32,661 nt of DNA. It comes from a virus. Its lineage: Duplodnaviria; Caudoviricetes. Below the pieces are notes generated by a model that made no database searches, was not told the DNA's origin, and saw only the letters and a program-made list of their open reading frames with translations. The DNA lies in IMG/VR virus record IMGVR_UViG_3300036546_000268, positions 1 through 32,661 of that record, one strand, 5' to 3'. Position numbers and translations under genes: made by a program. Every line of letters starts with the position of its first letter. Position 1 is the first letter of the stretch. Below are positions 17,348 to 24,863 of the stretch, one piece after another.

Positions 17348-18015
17348 AATATGACGTCGAGTCTGGAGAAATAATCCTTGACCAATCAAAGAAGAAGGTC
17401 AGTTCCAGCGAATTGCTTGTTTTGCAAAACAAAATAACAGAGGCGCAGGGCGGAAGGCTAAAGAAAAGGTTAAAGGAAAGAGAGCAGTTTAAAAAGCGTA
17501 AGCTATTCCTTAATGAGGTAGAGTATGAATTTCGCCGTTTATTCTCTATATGTAAAAGGTGCGGTTATGTTACTGACAAAGCGAAAATAAACAAAGCATG
17601 GCACGGGTTATGCAGAAAATGCTTTAAGGATTATCAAGAAGAAAAAAAGAGGGAATACTGGGCTACAAAAGATTATCGCAAAAAGATAAACAGGTACAAG
17701 GAGTATTTGAAAACAGAGCAAGGTATTATAGATTCTGTACCTATCTCTGTAATAGAAAGTAACGTGAAGATGGAGGTCGTTCGTCAGGGCAAGACTATGC
17801 GAGAGGTTGCTCGGCACTTGAATTTGTCTGATAAGCAGACGACAGAGCTGTTCAATGCTAAAAGAATTGATGCTGATATTTTAGAAGCGATATGTGAATA
17901 CCTTATGACACCTATAGAGCGGATGATAAGGCGGCCTCGAGGAGTGCGGATAAAGAGGAAGGATGGAGTACCTAAGTTTTGGTTAGACACTGATTTTAGA
18001 ATAAAAGGAGAATAA
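17326..18015 (+). CDS. Zinc-ribbon plus Cro/CI-type HTH protein
   Basis: CKRC..CRKC; TMREVARHL...LEAICEYL. Confidence 0.7.
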   Translation: MAKVFWLKYDVESGEIILDQSKKKVSSSELLVLQNKITEAQGGRLKKRLKEREQFKKRKLFLNEVEYEFRRLFSICKRCGYVTDKAKINKAWHGLCRKCFKDYQEEKKREYWATKDYRKKINRYKEYLKTEQGIIDSVPISVIESNVKMEVVRQGKTMREVARHLNLSDKQTTELFNAKRIDADILEAICEYLMTPIERMIRRPRGVRIKRKDGVPKFWLDTDFRIKGE

Positions 18016-18019
18016 TGTT

Positions 18020-18283
18020 ATGGGTGAATTTATTGTAAAACAACCAAACGGATTATTATGCAGATTTTCTACGACAATTTGGTGTCCTACGTCATGGAAT
18101 ATGACGGAGGAAGAGTATATTGCCATGTGCGTAGAAAAAGCGAAGCATGAAGCCGAAAAAGAGGCAATGTACGTTATCTCAAATGAGCTTCATCCATTTG
18201 AAGATATGATTGAGGATTTCCATCCAGATGTTATGTCGGAAGAAAGATTTAAGAAGGCTTTAGAGGAGATGTCTGTTCGGTAA
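18020..18283 (+). CDS. Hypothetical protein
   Basis: FIVKQPNGLLCRFST; last gene before terminator. Confidence 0.8.
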   Translation: MGEFIVKQPNGLLCRFSTTIWCPTSWNMTEEEYIAMCVEKAKHEAEKEAMYVISNELHPFEDMIEDFHPDVMSEERFKKALEEMSVR

Positions 18284-18299
18284 CATTATGGTTGTTTGG

Positions 18300-18327
18300 G
18301 GGTGCGCTTCACGGTGCGCCCTTTTTT
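18300..18327 (+). terminator. Intrinsic terminator
   Basis: GGGTGCGC/GTGCGCCC stem followed by T6. Confidence 0.85.
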
Positions 18328-18388
18328 GTTCACCATTGTTTGCCGTTTACGTCCCGTGAACACTGCCTTTTTGTGAACATAAGCATGA

Positions 18389-18481
18389 TCGTTCGGGTTG
18401 TCTTAACCCTCCGTCGTTCGAGTAGCGTTAACCCTGAGTCGTTCGGATTGTATTAACGGCAACTGTTCGGATATTCCGAAC
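18389..18481. repeat. Four 17-bp GTTCG-N9-AAC sites at 24-25-bp period (candidate att or protein-binding array)
   Basis: GTTCG at 18391, 18416, 18441, 18465; the last is the palindrome GTTCGG-ATATT-CCGAAC. Confidence 0.8.
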
Positions 18482-18530
18482 CGTCTATTAAAGTCTGAAA
18501 CATGCTACAATTAAACGTCAATATTTACAC

Positions 18531-18560
18531 AAAAAAGGGTAAGGATAATATCCCCACCCT
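18531..18560 (-). terminator. Intrinsic terminator of the leftward module
   Basis: Minus strand AGGGTGGGGATA-T-TATCCTTACCCT followed by T run. Confidence 0.8.
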
Positions 18561-18637
18561 ATTCCCCGTTTAATTCTGTCGCAAAAATAGTATATATATG
18601 CGACATGCGCTTATCAACTTGATTTATATATGATACT

Positions 18638-18952
18638 TTATTTAAATGGAGTATTGACACGTATTATATTTTGTATCCTGTTTTCTATCATATCGTTAAT
18701 CTGTGTCAATTCCGGAAAATCCGATTCATTAATATGCTCGAATCCATGTTCGCCAATACTTCGATATATCAATATAGTATATATCTCTGCTTGTTTCTCG
18801 CGGAGAACATTAAGTACCCTGTCATTTATTATTTCCTCAAGAATAGTCCTTACATAGGGTGCATTTTTATCCGCAGCGTTATTAAGTCCATTTTCTGTTA
18901 GTTTATTCATTATGTTTTGAACCGTTAGTTCAGTATTAATTATTTTTTTCAT
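18638..18952 (-). CDS. Hypothetical protein
   Basis: 104-aa ORF downstream of the recombinase. Confidence 0.7.
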   Translation of the reverse strand: MKKIINTELTVQNIMNKLTENGLNNAADKNAPYVRTILEEIINDRVLNVLREKQAEIYTILIYRSIGEHGFEHINESDFPELTQINDMIENRIQNIIRVNTPFK

Positions 18953-18983
18953 AACTTGCTTTTTTATTTGTTTATACTCTATA

Positions 18984-19946
18984 TTATAAAACCAATTTAT
19001 CCTTTATCCCCTGTACTATATTTTCGGCATCCTCTTCGCATAATCCGAGCTGGAACATCAATTGTTTTTTAACAGCTGCCATTTTGTCAGGGTCTCCAGT
19101 CTTATCCGGATTAAGGTAACGTTTCTCTCCTGTAACGTTATCTGCAAAAGAAGAGATGATATATCTCTCTGTTTGATTCGTGTTCTTGTGCCCCATCATG
19201 GTCGATATCTGCTTTATAGTGTATCCATCCAGGTACAGGTTTGTCGCAAAACTCCTTCTCGCAGTGTGTGTAGCGACAAATCTCCATTTAGGTAGTGTTT
19301 GCCTCTTTCCTCTCTGGTATAAAGTCACTGGCTCGTTTATACCAACTTTTCTGCAAATATCTTTAATATATTGCCCGACGAGGGATGCCGGGTTTGCATA
19401 ATTATAAGCCCGCAGCTCTTCGATAAGAGATGGCACGAGAGGGTGTAGGGGCATGCGTGCGCTTACCTTTGTTTTTTCGGCCGTAAACCGAAGCTCATTC
19501 CCGTAAAAATTTGCTTCTGTTATGAGGGGATAATCTGTTACCCTGCATCCCGTATAAGCACACAATAAGAATGCCGCACGTGTAAATCGTTCAGTATCAA
19601 GTGACGGTGTGTAGTTCTCTATCATTTTTAGTTCAACAGGATTTAGGTACACGTGTTCTGACGCTTCCTGGCGAATAGATAACATCTTAACGACGTCTTC
19701 CTGGCTTATCGGAAACGTGTATCCAGATCGTTCTGCCTTCCAGAAGGCTTTTTTAAAATATCCAAGATAAACCCTTGCGCTATTCGGGGCTACTCTTCCC
19801 ATAGCATATGCCTTCAACCTCTCGAGAAATTCTAAGGTTATATCACTGTCGTTTATCTCATCCTTATATGATAAGAAATCAAAGAAGAACGTCCCGGCTT
19901 GGGTACGCTCCGTTTCCTTCAATAGAAATTGTTTGAATGTTACCAT
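18984..19946 (-). CDS. Tyrosine recombinase / integrase
   Basis: TGCR, K (AEKT), HTARRSFAT, MGH, TERY catalytic residues. Confidence 0.93.
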   Translation of the reverse strand: MVTFKQFLLKETERTQAGTFFFDFLSYKDEINDSDITLEFLERLKAYAMGRVAPNSARVYLGYFKKAFWKAERSGYTFPISQEDVVKMLSIRQEASEHVYLNPVELKMIENYTPSLDTERFTRAAFLLCAYTGCRVTDYPLITEANFYGNELRFTAEKTKVSARMPLHPLVPSLIEELRAYNYANPASLVGQYIKDICRKVGINEPVTLYQRGKRQTLPKWRFVATHTARRSFATNLYLDGYTIKQISTMMGHKNTNQTERYIISSFADNVTGEKRYLNPDKTGDPDKMAAVKKQLMFQLGLCEEDAENIVQGIKDKLVL

Positions 19947-19948
19947 GA

Positions 19949-20905
19949 TTATTCTGCTTTTTTGTTATAAAACCCTTGTCCTCTCACTAAACCATTATAT
20001 TCTGGTGAGCTGATTAAAAAGTCACCATGCCCGTTTAGTGTCTCAGCACCGTTTTCATCGAGCATAACACGTGAATCAGTGTGAGATGGCACTCGGAAAC
20101 ACATCTTAACCGGATAATTGACTTTTGCGTCTCCAGTTATTATCTTTGTTGACGCTCTCTGTGTAGCTGAAAGAATCCTGAATCCTGTTGAACGTCCTTT
20201 TTGTAATAACAGGCGCATATTTTCCTCGAGAGACTTATCATTCCCGAGCTGTTTCCAATTACGGGAATTTGCAAAAGCATCCGCAAACTCGTCAAATAGA
20301 ATAAGCGTTCTCTTGTTATAACCCTCTCTTATCCGTTTATTCATTTCATCAACGGCGATAGAAACAAATAGTTCAATTGATTCAATATCGTTTACTACAA
20401 GAATATTCCCTCCGTTATCGTATTCTGTAAATTCATATTTCGGGTCTAAAATGATAATCTCATCCATACCAGCCAGTATTGCATACTCAATTGTTGATCT
20501 GATGCAAACCGATTTCCCTGAACCAGTCGCTCCGCCAATAAGTATGTGCGGTGTTGCAGGATTATCTAAATCCCAGGTTATAGTACGTCCGAAGTTGTCA
20601 ATTCCCATAGGAATCTTTTGTTCGACCAATTTGTCCGGATCAAAATACAATATTTTATCTGATTTTATTCCAGCTTCGATTGGCAAGTACGATTTTCCGT
20701 TGTAAACCGTTAGTTTTGTTCCTATCCTCACGTTAGAGACGTTTAAAGATTTTGCTATATCGAGGGCGTATCGGTGTACTTTTTTTATTTGTACTCCATC
20801 ATCTACGTCGAGCAGGTAGGTAACACTCGAGTATCCATCGAAGGCATACGCCACCTTTGATTTTATTCCGAATGTTTTTAGCGTGTCCTCTATTCTTGTT
20901 CTCAT
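19949..20905 (-). CDS. FtsK/SpoIIIE-like ATPase (alpha/beta motor only)
   Basis: PHILIGGATGSGKS, ILDPK, LFDEFAD, LLQKGRSTG, ATQR, GAETLNGHGD. Confidence 0.9.
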   Translation of the reverse strand: MRTRIEDTLKTFGIKSKVAYAFDGYSSVTYLLDVDDGVQIKKVHRYALDIAKSLNVSNVRIGTKLTVYNGKSYLPIEAGIKSDKILYFDPDKLVEQKIPMGIDNFGRTITWDLDNPATPHILIGGATGSGKSVCIRSTIEYAILAGMDEIIILDPKYEFTEYDNGGNILVVNDIESIELFVSIAVDEMNKRIREGYNKRTLILFDEFADAFANSRNWKQLGNDKSLEENMRLLLQKGRSTGFRILSATQRASTKIITGDAKVNYPVKMCFRVPSHTDSRVMLDENGAETLNGHGDFLISSPEYNGLVRGQGFYNKKAE

Positions 20906-20922
20906 TGTTCTTAATTTGTTAT

Positions 20923-21072
20923 TCAGTTTATCTGATCGGACAATACTCCTGAATCAGTTTCAAGTCTCCCAGAGAACAAGTATAAAAAGTCGTACCAATC
21001 TATTCCTTCCCCGTTGAGATTCCATTCGCGTCGTATTGTGTGTCGTTCTTCTGTAAAATATTCCGCTTTCAT
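20923..21072 (-). CDS. Small hypothetical protein (49 aa, not in ORF track)
   Basis: MKAEYFTEERHTIRREWNL...; AT-rich leader. Confidence 0.55.
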   Translation of the reverse strand: MKAEYFTEERHTIRREWNLNGEGIDWYDFLYLFSGRLETDSGVLSDQIN

Positions 21073-21211
21073 AATGTCATTTTTTAAATTGTTATTCGGC
21101 CAATATTGACTATCTGTCAGTGCCGCAGTCTTAACGAGCCTCCTCTACAGCACCGGTTGTTCGGTTATTTACGAACAGGATTATAGTTTTGCTTTTTGTT
21201 CAATGTCTCTT

Positions 21212-21343
21212 CTAAAAATAATCAATCTGCGTCAAATTGATTACGTTGATTATCGACAAAATAAGCATCACCACGAAATAAATTCCAATCAATCCTACAA
21301 CAATGAGCATCACTTTTTCGATAATATCATTTTTATTTTTCAT
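21212..21343 (-). CDS. Small single-pass membrane protein (43 aa)
   Basis: MKNKNDIIEKVMLIVVGLIGIYFVVMLILSII. Confidence 0.55.
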   Translation of the reverse strand: MKNKNDIIEKVMLIVVGLIGIYFVVMLILSIINVINLTQIDYF

Positions 21344-21368
21344 AATTATAATATTTTTTTTCAGTTGT

Positions 21369-21545
21369 TTAATAACGTTCTGCAATTTTCCAATATTCAT
21401 AACCAGATGGCAAAGAACCACCGGCTTGTCTCGTTACGATTTTCTTAGCTTTTGCGATGATTATATCATCATCGTCTTCGGGATCGCATTGTATTGTAAT
21501 TTCTCCCGCATACGTTGCAACTCTATATCTTACTTTTGCTATCAT
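21369..21545 (-). CDS. Small hypothetical protein (58 aa, not in ORF track)
   Basis: MIAKVRYRVATYAGEITIQCDPEDDDD...; AT-rich leader. Confidence 0.7.
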   Translation of the reverse strand: MIAKVRYRVATYAGEITIQCDPEDDDDIIIAKAKKIVTRQAGGSLPSGYEYWKIAERY

Positions 21546-21583
21546 GATTTTTATTTTTACGCCTTTAGGCGGTAATTGCTATA

Positions 21584-21796
21584 TCATCGAATGTCTTCCT
21601 CATAAACAGTTTCTCCTGTCTCATTACAGACAATCGATACAACGCCTCCCTTATAATCGGGAAAGTAGCTGTTGTCCGTTCCGTTATTACGATCAATGTA
21701 TTCTTTGCAATAATCGTAATCAGTTTGGTAGCCCTTGCTGTTGCTGTTACTGTCGTCGTTAAAATGAACGTCGTAAGTTAAATCATTTGTTTTCAT
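21584..21796 (-). CDS. Hypothetical protein
   Basis: MKT start, AT-rich leader. Confidence 0.8.
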   Translation of the reverse strand: MKTNDLTYDVHFNDDSNSNSKGYQTDYDYCKEYIDRNNGTDNSYFPDYKGGVVSIVCNETGETVYEEDIR

Positions 21797-21827
21797 AATC
21801 GTTGTTTTTTAATTGTTTTTGTTTAGA

Positions 21828-22046
21828 CTACATGCATATCAATGCTTCCCTATAAAACTTATTCCTTGTCATTACCTCTTGCCCTCTGTTACCGTGACGT
21901 TCGAGGTATCTATCCGCGTCTCTCTTGTTTGTGAATTATTTTTCGATAGTGGCTATCGTTTCATCGTTGATAACTTCAAACTGCACGATCACATACGGGT
22001 GAGCCTTTTCAAACTCTTCTTTGCTGCTGTACATTTTTGTTTTCAT
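21828..22046 (-). pseudogene. Small gene interrupted by an in-frame TAA
   Basis: MKTKMYSS...IEK*FTNKRDADRY...ICM*; internal stop at 21936-21938. Confidence 0.6.
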
Positions 22047-22100
22047 AATTGTTTGTTTTTAAATTGTTATTGTTTATAGCTCCTTTAATTGTTCGCTATA

Positions 22101-22131
22101 CAAATGTAGTTATTAGTGATTTTACACGCAA
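22101..22131 (-). promoter_or_regulatory. Bacteroidota promoter
   Basis: TTTG-N19-TACATTTG. Confidence 0.7.
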
Positions 22132-22166
22132 ATATTCCATGTTAAATCTTTGTTAAACTTCGCTAA

Positions 22167-22210
22167 TCGTTCGGGTATTCTTAACTCCCAGTCGTTCGGC
22201 ATCAAAGAAC
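22167..22210. repeat. Two 17-bp GTTCG-N9-AAC sites 25 bp apart
   Basis: GTTCGGGTATTCTTAAC (22169) and GTTCGGCATCAAAGAAC (22194). Confidence 0.75.
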
Positions 22211-22375
22211 CTCCCAGAGATCGTTTACTCCGTCATGCTCTCTTATCTGCTGCCCTATAGAATAGTTGACAATTTTTCTCGCATGTTCTAAGGTAAACCA
22301 GCTTTGTAAACCTGTTCCGTTGTTCAAATATGTTCCGTTCGCATTTCTAATTTTATACCGATATTCTCTTTTCAT
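22202..22375 (-). CDS. Hypothetical protein
   Basis: MKREYRYKIRNANG; ATG at 22375 after AT-rich leader. Confidence 0.7.
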   Translation of the reverse strand: MKREYRYKIRNANGTYLNNGTGLQSWFTLEHARKIVNYSIGQQIREHDGVNDLWEVL

Positions 22376-22399
22376 TTCTGTAATTATTAGTTTTGTTAA

Positions 22400-22467
22400 T
22401 CGTTCGGGTGATCCCAACCCTAAATCGTTCGCCCTGCATGAACCACAGTCGTTCGGTCGGTCTTAAC
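22400..22467. repeat. Three 17-bp GTTCG-N9-AAC sites at 24-25-bp period
   Basis: Sites start at 22402, 22427 and 22451. Confidence 0.8.
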
Positions 22468-22708
22468 CATATGCAGTTTTTCAGTCGGATTGCAAATTTG
22501 CACCCAGGTACTTTGCTACATTGTAGTACTATGTTTAACAAAGTACTATATTTGCACCCTGTTTTTATTACATAGCGCAAATAGGTACTTTTTAGACCGT
22601 CTGAGACACTTTTATAGCTTTTTAGTAGGTAGGTATTACTTTTCATTTTGGATTGAAGAGAGAGGCTACAAATACGTCGGAATAAACTCTTACTATCTTT
22701 GTGAACAT

Positions 22709-22741
22709 AAAAAAGCCAGAAACTTTTTACAGTTCCTGGCT
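22709..22741 (-). terminator. Intrinsic terminator downstream of the Com-like gene
   Basis: AGCCAGGAAC/GTTTCTGGCT stem followed by T run. Confidence 0.75.
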
Positions 22742-22771
22742 ATCTTTGTAGCTCTTTTTTTCGTTATAACA

Positions 22772-22885
22772 CTATAGTACATTCATTTTTTTGCACCTGT
22801 GGCAAAGAATGTAAATATTCTTTTTTGTTGGGAAAATCGATTTAAACAACAACTTTCCGCAAAATTGGCATCGATATTCATTCAT
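22772..22885 (-). CDS. Mu Com-like zinc-finger protein (37 aa, not in ORF track)
   Basis: MNEYRCQFCGKLLFKSIFPTKKNIYILCHRCKKMNVL; ATGA overlap with the upstream gene. Confidence 0.75.
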   Translation of the reverse strand: MNEYRCQFCGKLLFKSIFPTKKNIYILCHRCKKMNVL

Positions 22886-23088
22886 ACATAAAAAATTCTA
22901 GTTTTTATTTCTGTGCATTCTTCGATAAAACAGTCTTTTTTTATTATCACAGAGTACAATTTACCGCTTTTTTCTATCACAAATTGGATGCAATTGTCAC
23001 CGTAACCGCCTATGTAGGTTATTTTTTCGGGACAAAACGAATCATCTATGTACTTTGCATAGTAAGCAATACTTTTTTCTTTTTTCAT
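22882..23088 (-). CDS. Hypothetical protein
   Basis: ORF in leftward module. Confidence 0.7.
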   Translation of the reverse strand: MKKEKSIAYYAKYIDDSFCPEKITYIGGYGDNCIQFVIEKSGKLYSVIIKKDCFIEECTEIKTRIFYV

Positions 23089-23097
23089 AGTTGTAAT

Positions 23098-23370
23098 TTA
23101 TTTTATTGAATTAAAAAATTTCTTTGCGTCGTTTATTTTGTCAAAACTTTCCCAGCTTGTAAGGGTTAAAAGCTCATCATCCACAATCCCAAGGCATCCA
23201 ACGCGGCCGGGGGTGCTACTTACATTAAAAACTTTAACATGATAAACGCCGTGTTCTTTAAACATTTGCACCTCTTTAGTGTTGTTCTTTGTCCTTCTTT
23301 TTTCTACATACCCGCAATTAAAGCCGTACGCTGTCAATTTTCCATTTTTGTTAAGTAATTCTGTTTTCAT
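23098..23370 (-). CDS. Hypothetical protein
   Basis: GKLTAYGFNCGYVE; MKT start. Confidence 0.8.
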   Translation of the reverse strand: MKTELLNKNGKLTAYGFNCGYVEKRRTKNNTKEVQMFKEHGVYHVKVFNVSSTPGRVGCLGIVDDELLTLTSWESFDKINDAKKFFNSIK

Positions 23371-23380
23371 AACTTTGTTT

Positions 23381-23584
23381 TTATTTTACTGAAAAATTAA
23401 AAGGATTGAAAAGAACAAAAGGGAAATTGCGGTCAACCCCGTTAAAAATTTTTTCCTCTTCAGTTTCACAAATGAGCACCGCAAATTGAGAGCTTTTCAT
23501 GTTCTCTTTTATTTTTTGAACATCGTAACCCATCAGTTCGCACCATTTTTTTGTTGTTTTTGATAATTTTTTTACTGTTTTCAT
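23381..23584 (-). CDS. Hypothetical protein
   Basis: MKT start, AT-rich leader. Confidence 0.7.
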   Translation of the reverse strand: MKTVKKLSKTTKKWCELMGYDVQKIKENMKSSQFAVLICETEEEKIFNGVDRNFPFVLFNPFNFSVK

Positions 23585-23617
23585 AACTTCTTTATTTAAA
23601 TTGTTTAGAATATTGTA

Positions 23618-23671
23618 CCCGCTTAAAAGTTCAACTTTTACGCGCTTTTATTTGCAAAGCGCTAAAGCGGG
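23618..23671 (-). ncRNA. Intergenic three-way-junction RNA element
   Basis: CCCGCTT/AAGCGGG encloses GCGCTTT/AAAGCGC and TAAAAG/CTTTTA hairpins. Confidence 0.5.
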
Positions 23672-23680
23672 CGAACCCAT

Positions 23681-24082
23681 TTAAATTTCGAAAAATGTTA
23701 GGATCGTCTCTCTTTTCACAAAATCCTCCCAGTTTTTAAATTTTTGCGGCATCTCTCCGTTATACCATGCCGGGCAAACTGTGTTTATTGCAGCATAAAT
23801 TAGATTAATGTCTTCGCTTTGAATACAGTTATAATGTGCCGACAAAGAGAAACCTGTACCGGTTTTTCGGTTCGGTTTGTGCACGGTACTATATGAAACG
23901 CCGCCAAAATGTGCAGAGATACTACCAATTTTATCGTTTTTTACAACAAAAACTTGGCTTATCTTTGTGTCTTTTTGAAAAGAAAAACAGCGAAAACCGT
24001 TTTCTTTTGCAAGTTTGTAGGCTTTAAACAACACACTGTTTTCGAAGCCTTTTTCAGTTACTTTTTTTACTTCTGTTTCCAT
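23681..24082 (-). CDS. Hypothetical protein
   Basis: 133 aa; STVHKPNRKTGTGF. Confidence 0.8.
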   Translation of the reverse strand: METEVKKVTEKGFENSVLFKAYKLAKENGFRCFSFQKDTKISQVFVVKNDKIGSISAHFGGVSYSTVHKPNRKTGTGFSLSAHYNCIQSEDINLIYAAINTVCPAWYNGEMPQKFKNWEDFVKRETILTFFEI

Positions 24083-24094
24083 TTTTGTTTGTTT

Positions 24095-24454
24095 TTAAAT
24101 TGTGTTTTGAATGTAGTTTTGTGTTGCATCACGGAAAAACGAAAACATCTTATTTGCAATGATATTATAAATGTTCCTCATTTCTCCAAACAACCGGTTA
24201 TTGTTATAATCGTAAACATTCCACCCATTATCGAAGTCAGGATAAATTTCCCTGATTCTTTTTGCGTACTCCGCCGGGTAGGCAGTATCAATTTTGCTTT
24301 GATCCATTTCCGGTGCAAAGATGTTCAAAAGTTCGCGGGTGCTGATAATGTTTTCCAAGTTAAAAAGATTATCCATGAAATCTATTTCCTCCTCATTCAT
24401 GTTTTCAATAATCGAAATTAAAAACTCTCTTTTTTCATCAGTTGTTGTTTTCAT
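24095..24454 (-). CDS. Hypothetical protein, first gene of the leftward module
   Basis: MKT start downstream of a promoter. Confidence 0.75.
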   Translation of the reverse strand: MKTTTDEKREFLISIIENMNEEEIDFMDNLFNLENIISTRELLNIFAPEMDQSKIDTAYPAEYAKRIREIYPDFDNGWNVYDYNNNRLFGEMRNIYNIIANKMFSFFRDATQNYIQNTI

Positions 24455-24496
24455 CGTTCTTTGTTTTTTAATTGTTTGTTGTTTCTTTAAACACTA

Positions 24497-24528
24497 TAAA
24501 GATACGAAAATCATTTGTACCACACAAA
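24497..24528 (-). promoter_or_regulatory. Bacteroidota promoter of the leftward module
   Basis: TTTG-N20-TATCTTTA. Confidence 0.65.
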
Positions 24529-24662
24529 TAAACACAAGTTTTTTGCGTTAAAAAATAGCCTATTTCGTTAACAAAACGAACATAACAAGTTAAACATTCT
24601 AAAAAATTGTAACAGAAAAAAAAGAGAAAAAAGTAACAAAAAAGAGAAAAACAGTGTTATAA

Positions 24663-24701
24663 AACTATGTTTAAAAAGTATGTTTAAGAAGTATGTTATA
24701 T
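24663..24701. repeat. Three AT-rich 13-mers
   Basis: AACTATGTTTAAA / AAGTATGTTTAAG / AAGTATGTTATAT. Confidence 0.7.
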
Positions 24702-24730
24702 AACATATATATGTAACCCTGCTAAACGTT

Positions 24731-24863
24731 ATACGAAATTTAAATAGTCCTACGAAATGTTCGTAGAAATACGAAATTTAAATAGTGATACGAAATATAA
24801 ATAACATTATGAAAATCCCATAATATTACGAAATGTTCGTAGCAATACGAAGTTTTAGTAACC
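24731..24863. repeat. Seven 19-bp tandem units with TACGAA core
   Basis: TACGAA at 24732, 24751, 24770, 24789, (TATGAA 24808), 24827, 24846. Confidence 0.85.

Noticed and set aside
18389-18481. CRISPR or TIGR array, or KOPS-like octamers
   Set aside because: 25-bp units with 6-nt variable parts are too short; no cas or Nop-domain gene in the window; the FtsK-like protein lacks the gamma domain that reads KOPS
22353-22646. 97-aa minus-strand ORF
   Set aside because: Runs through palindromes and the 25-bp repeat array and overlaps the next gene; more likely regulatory DNA
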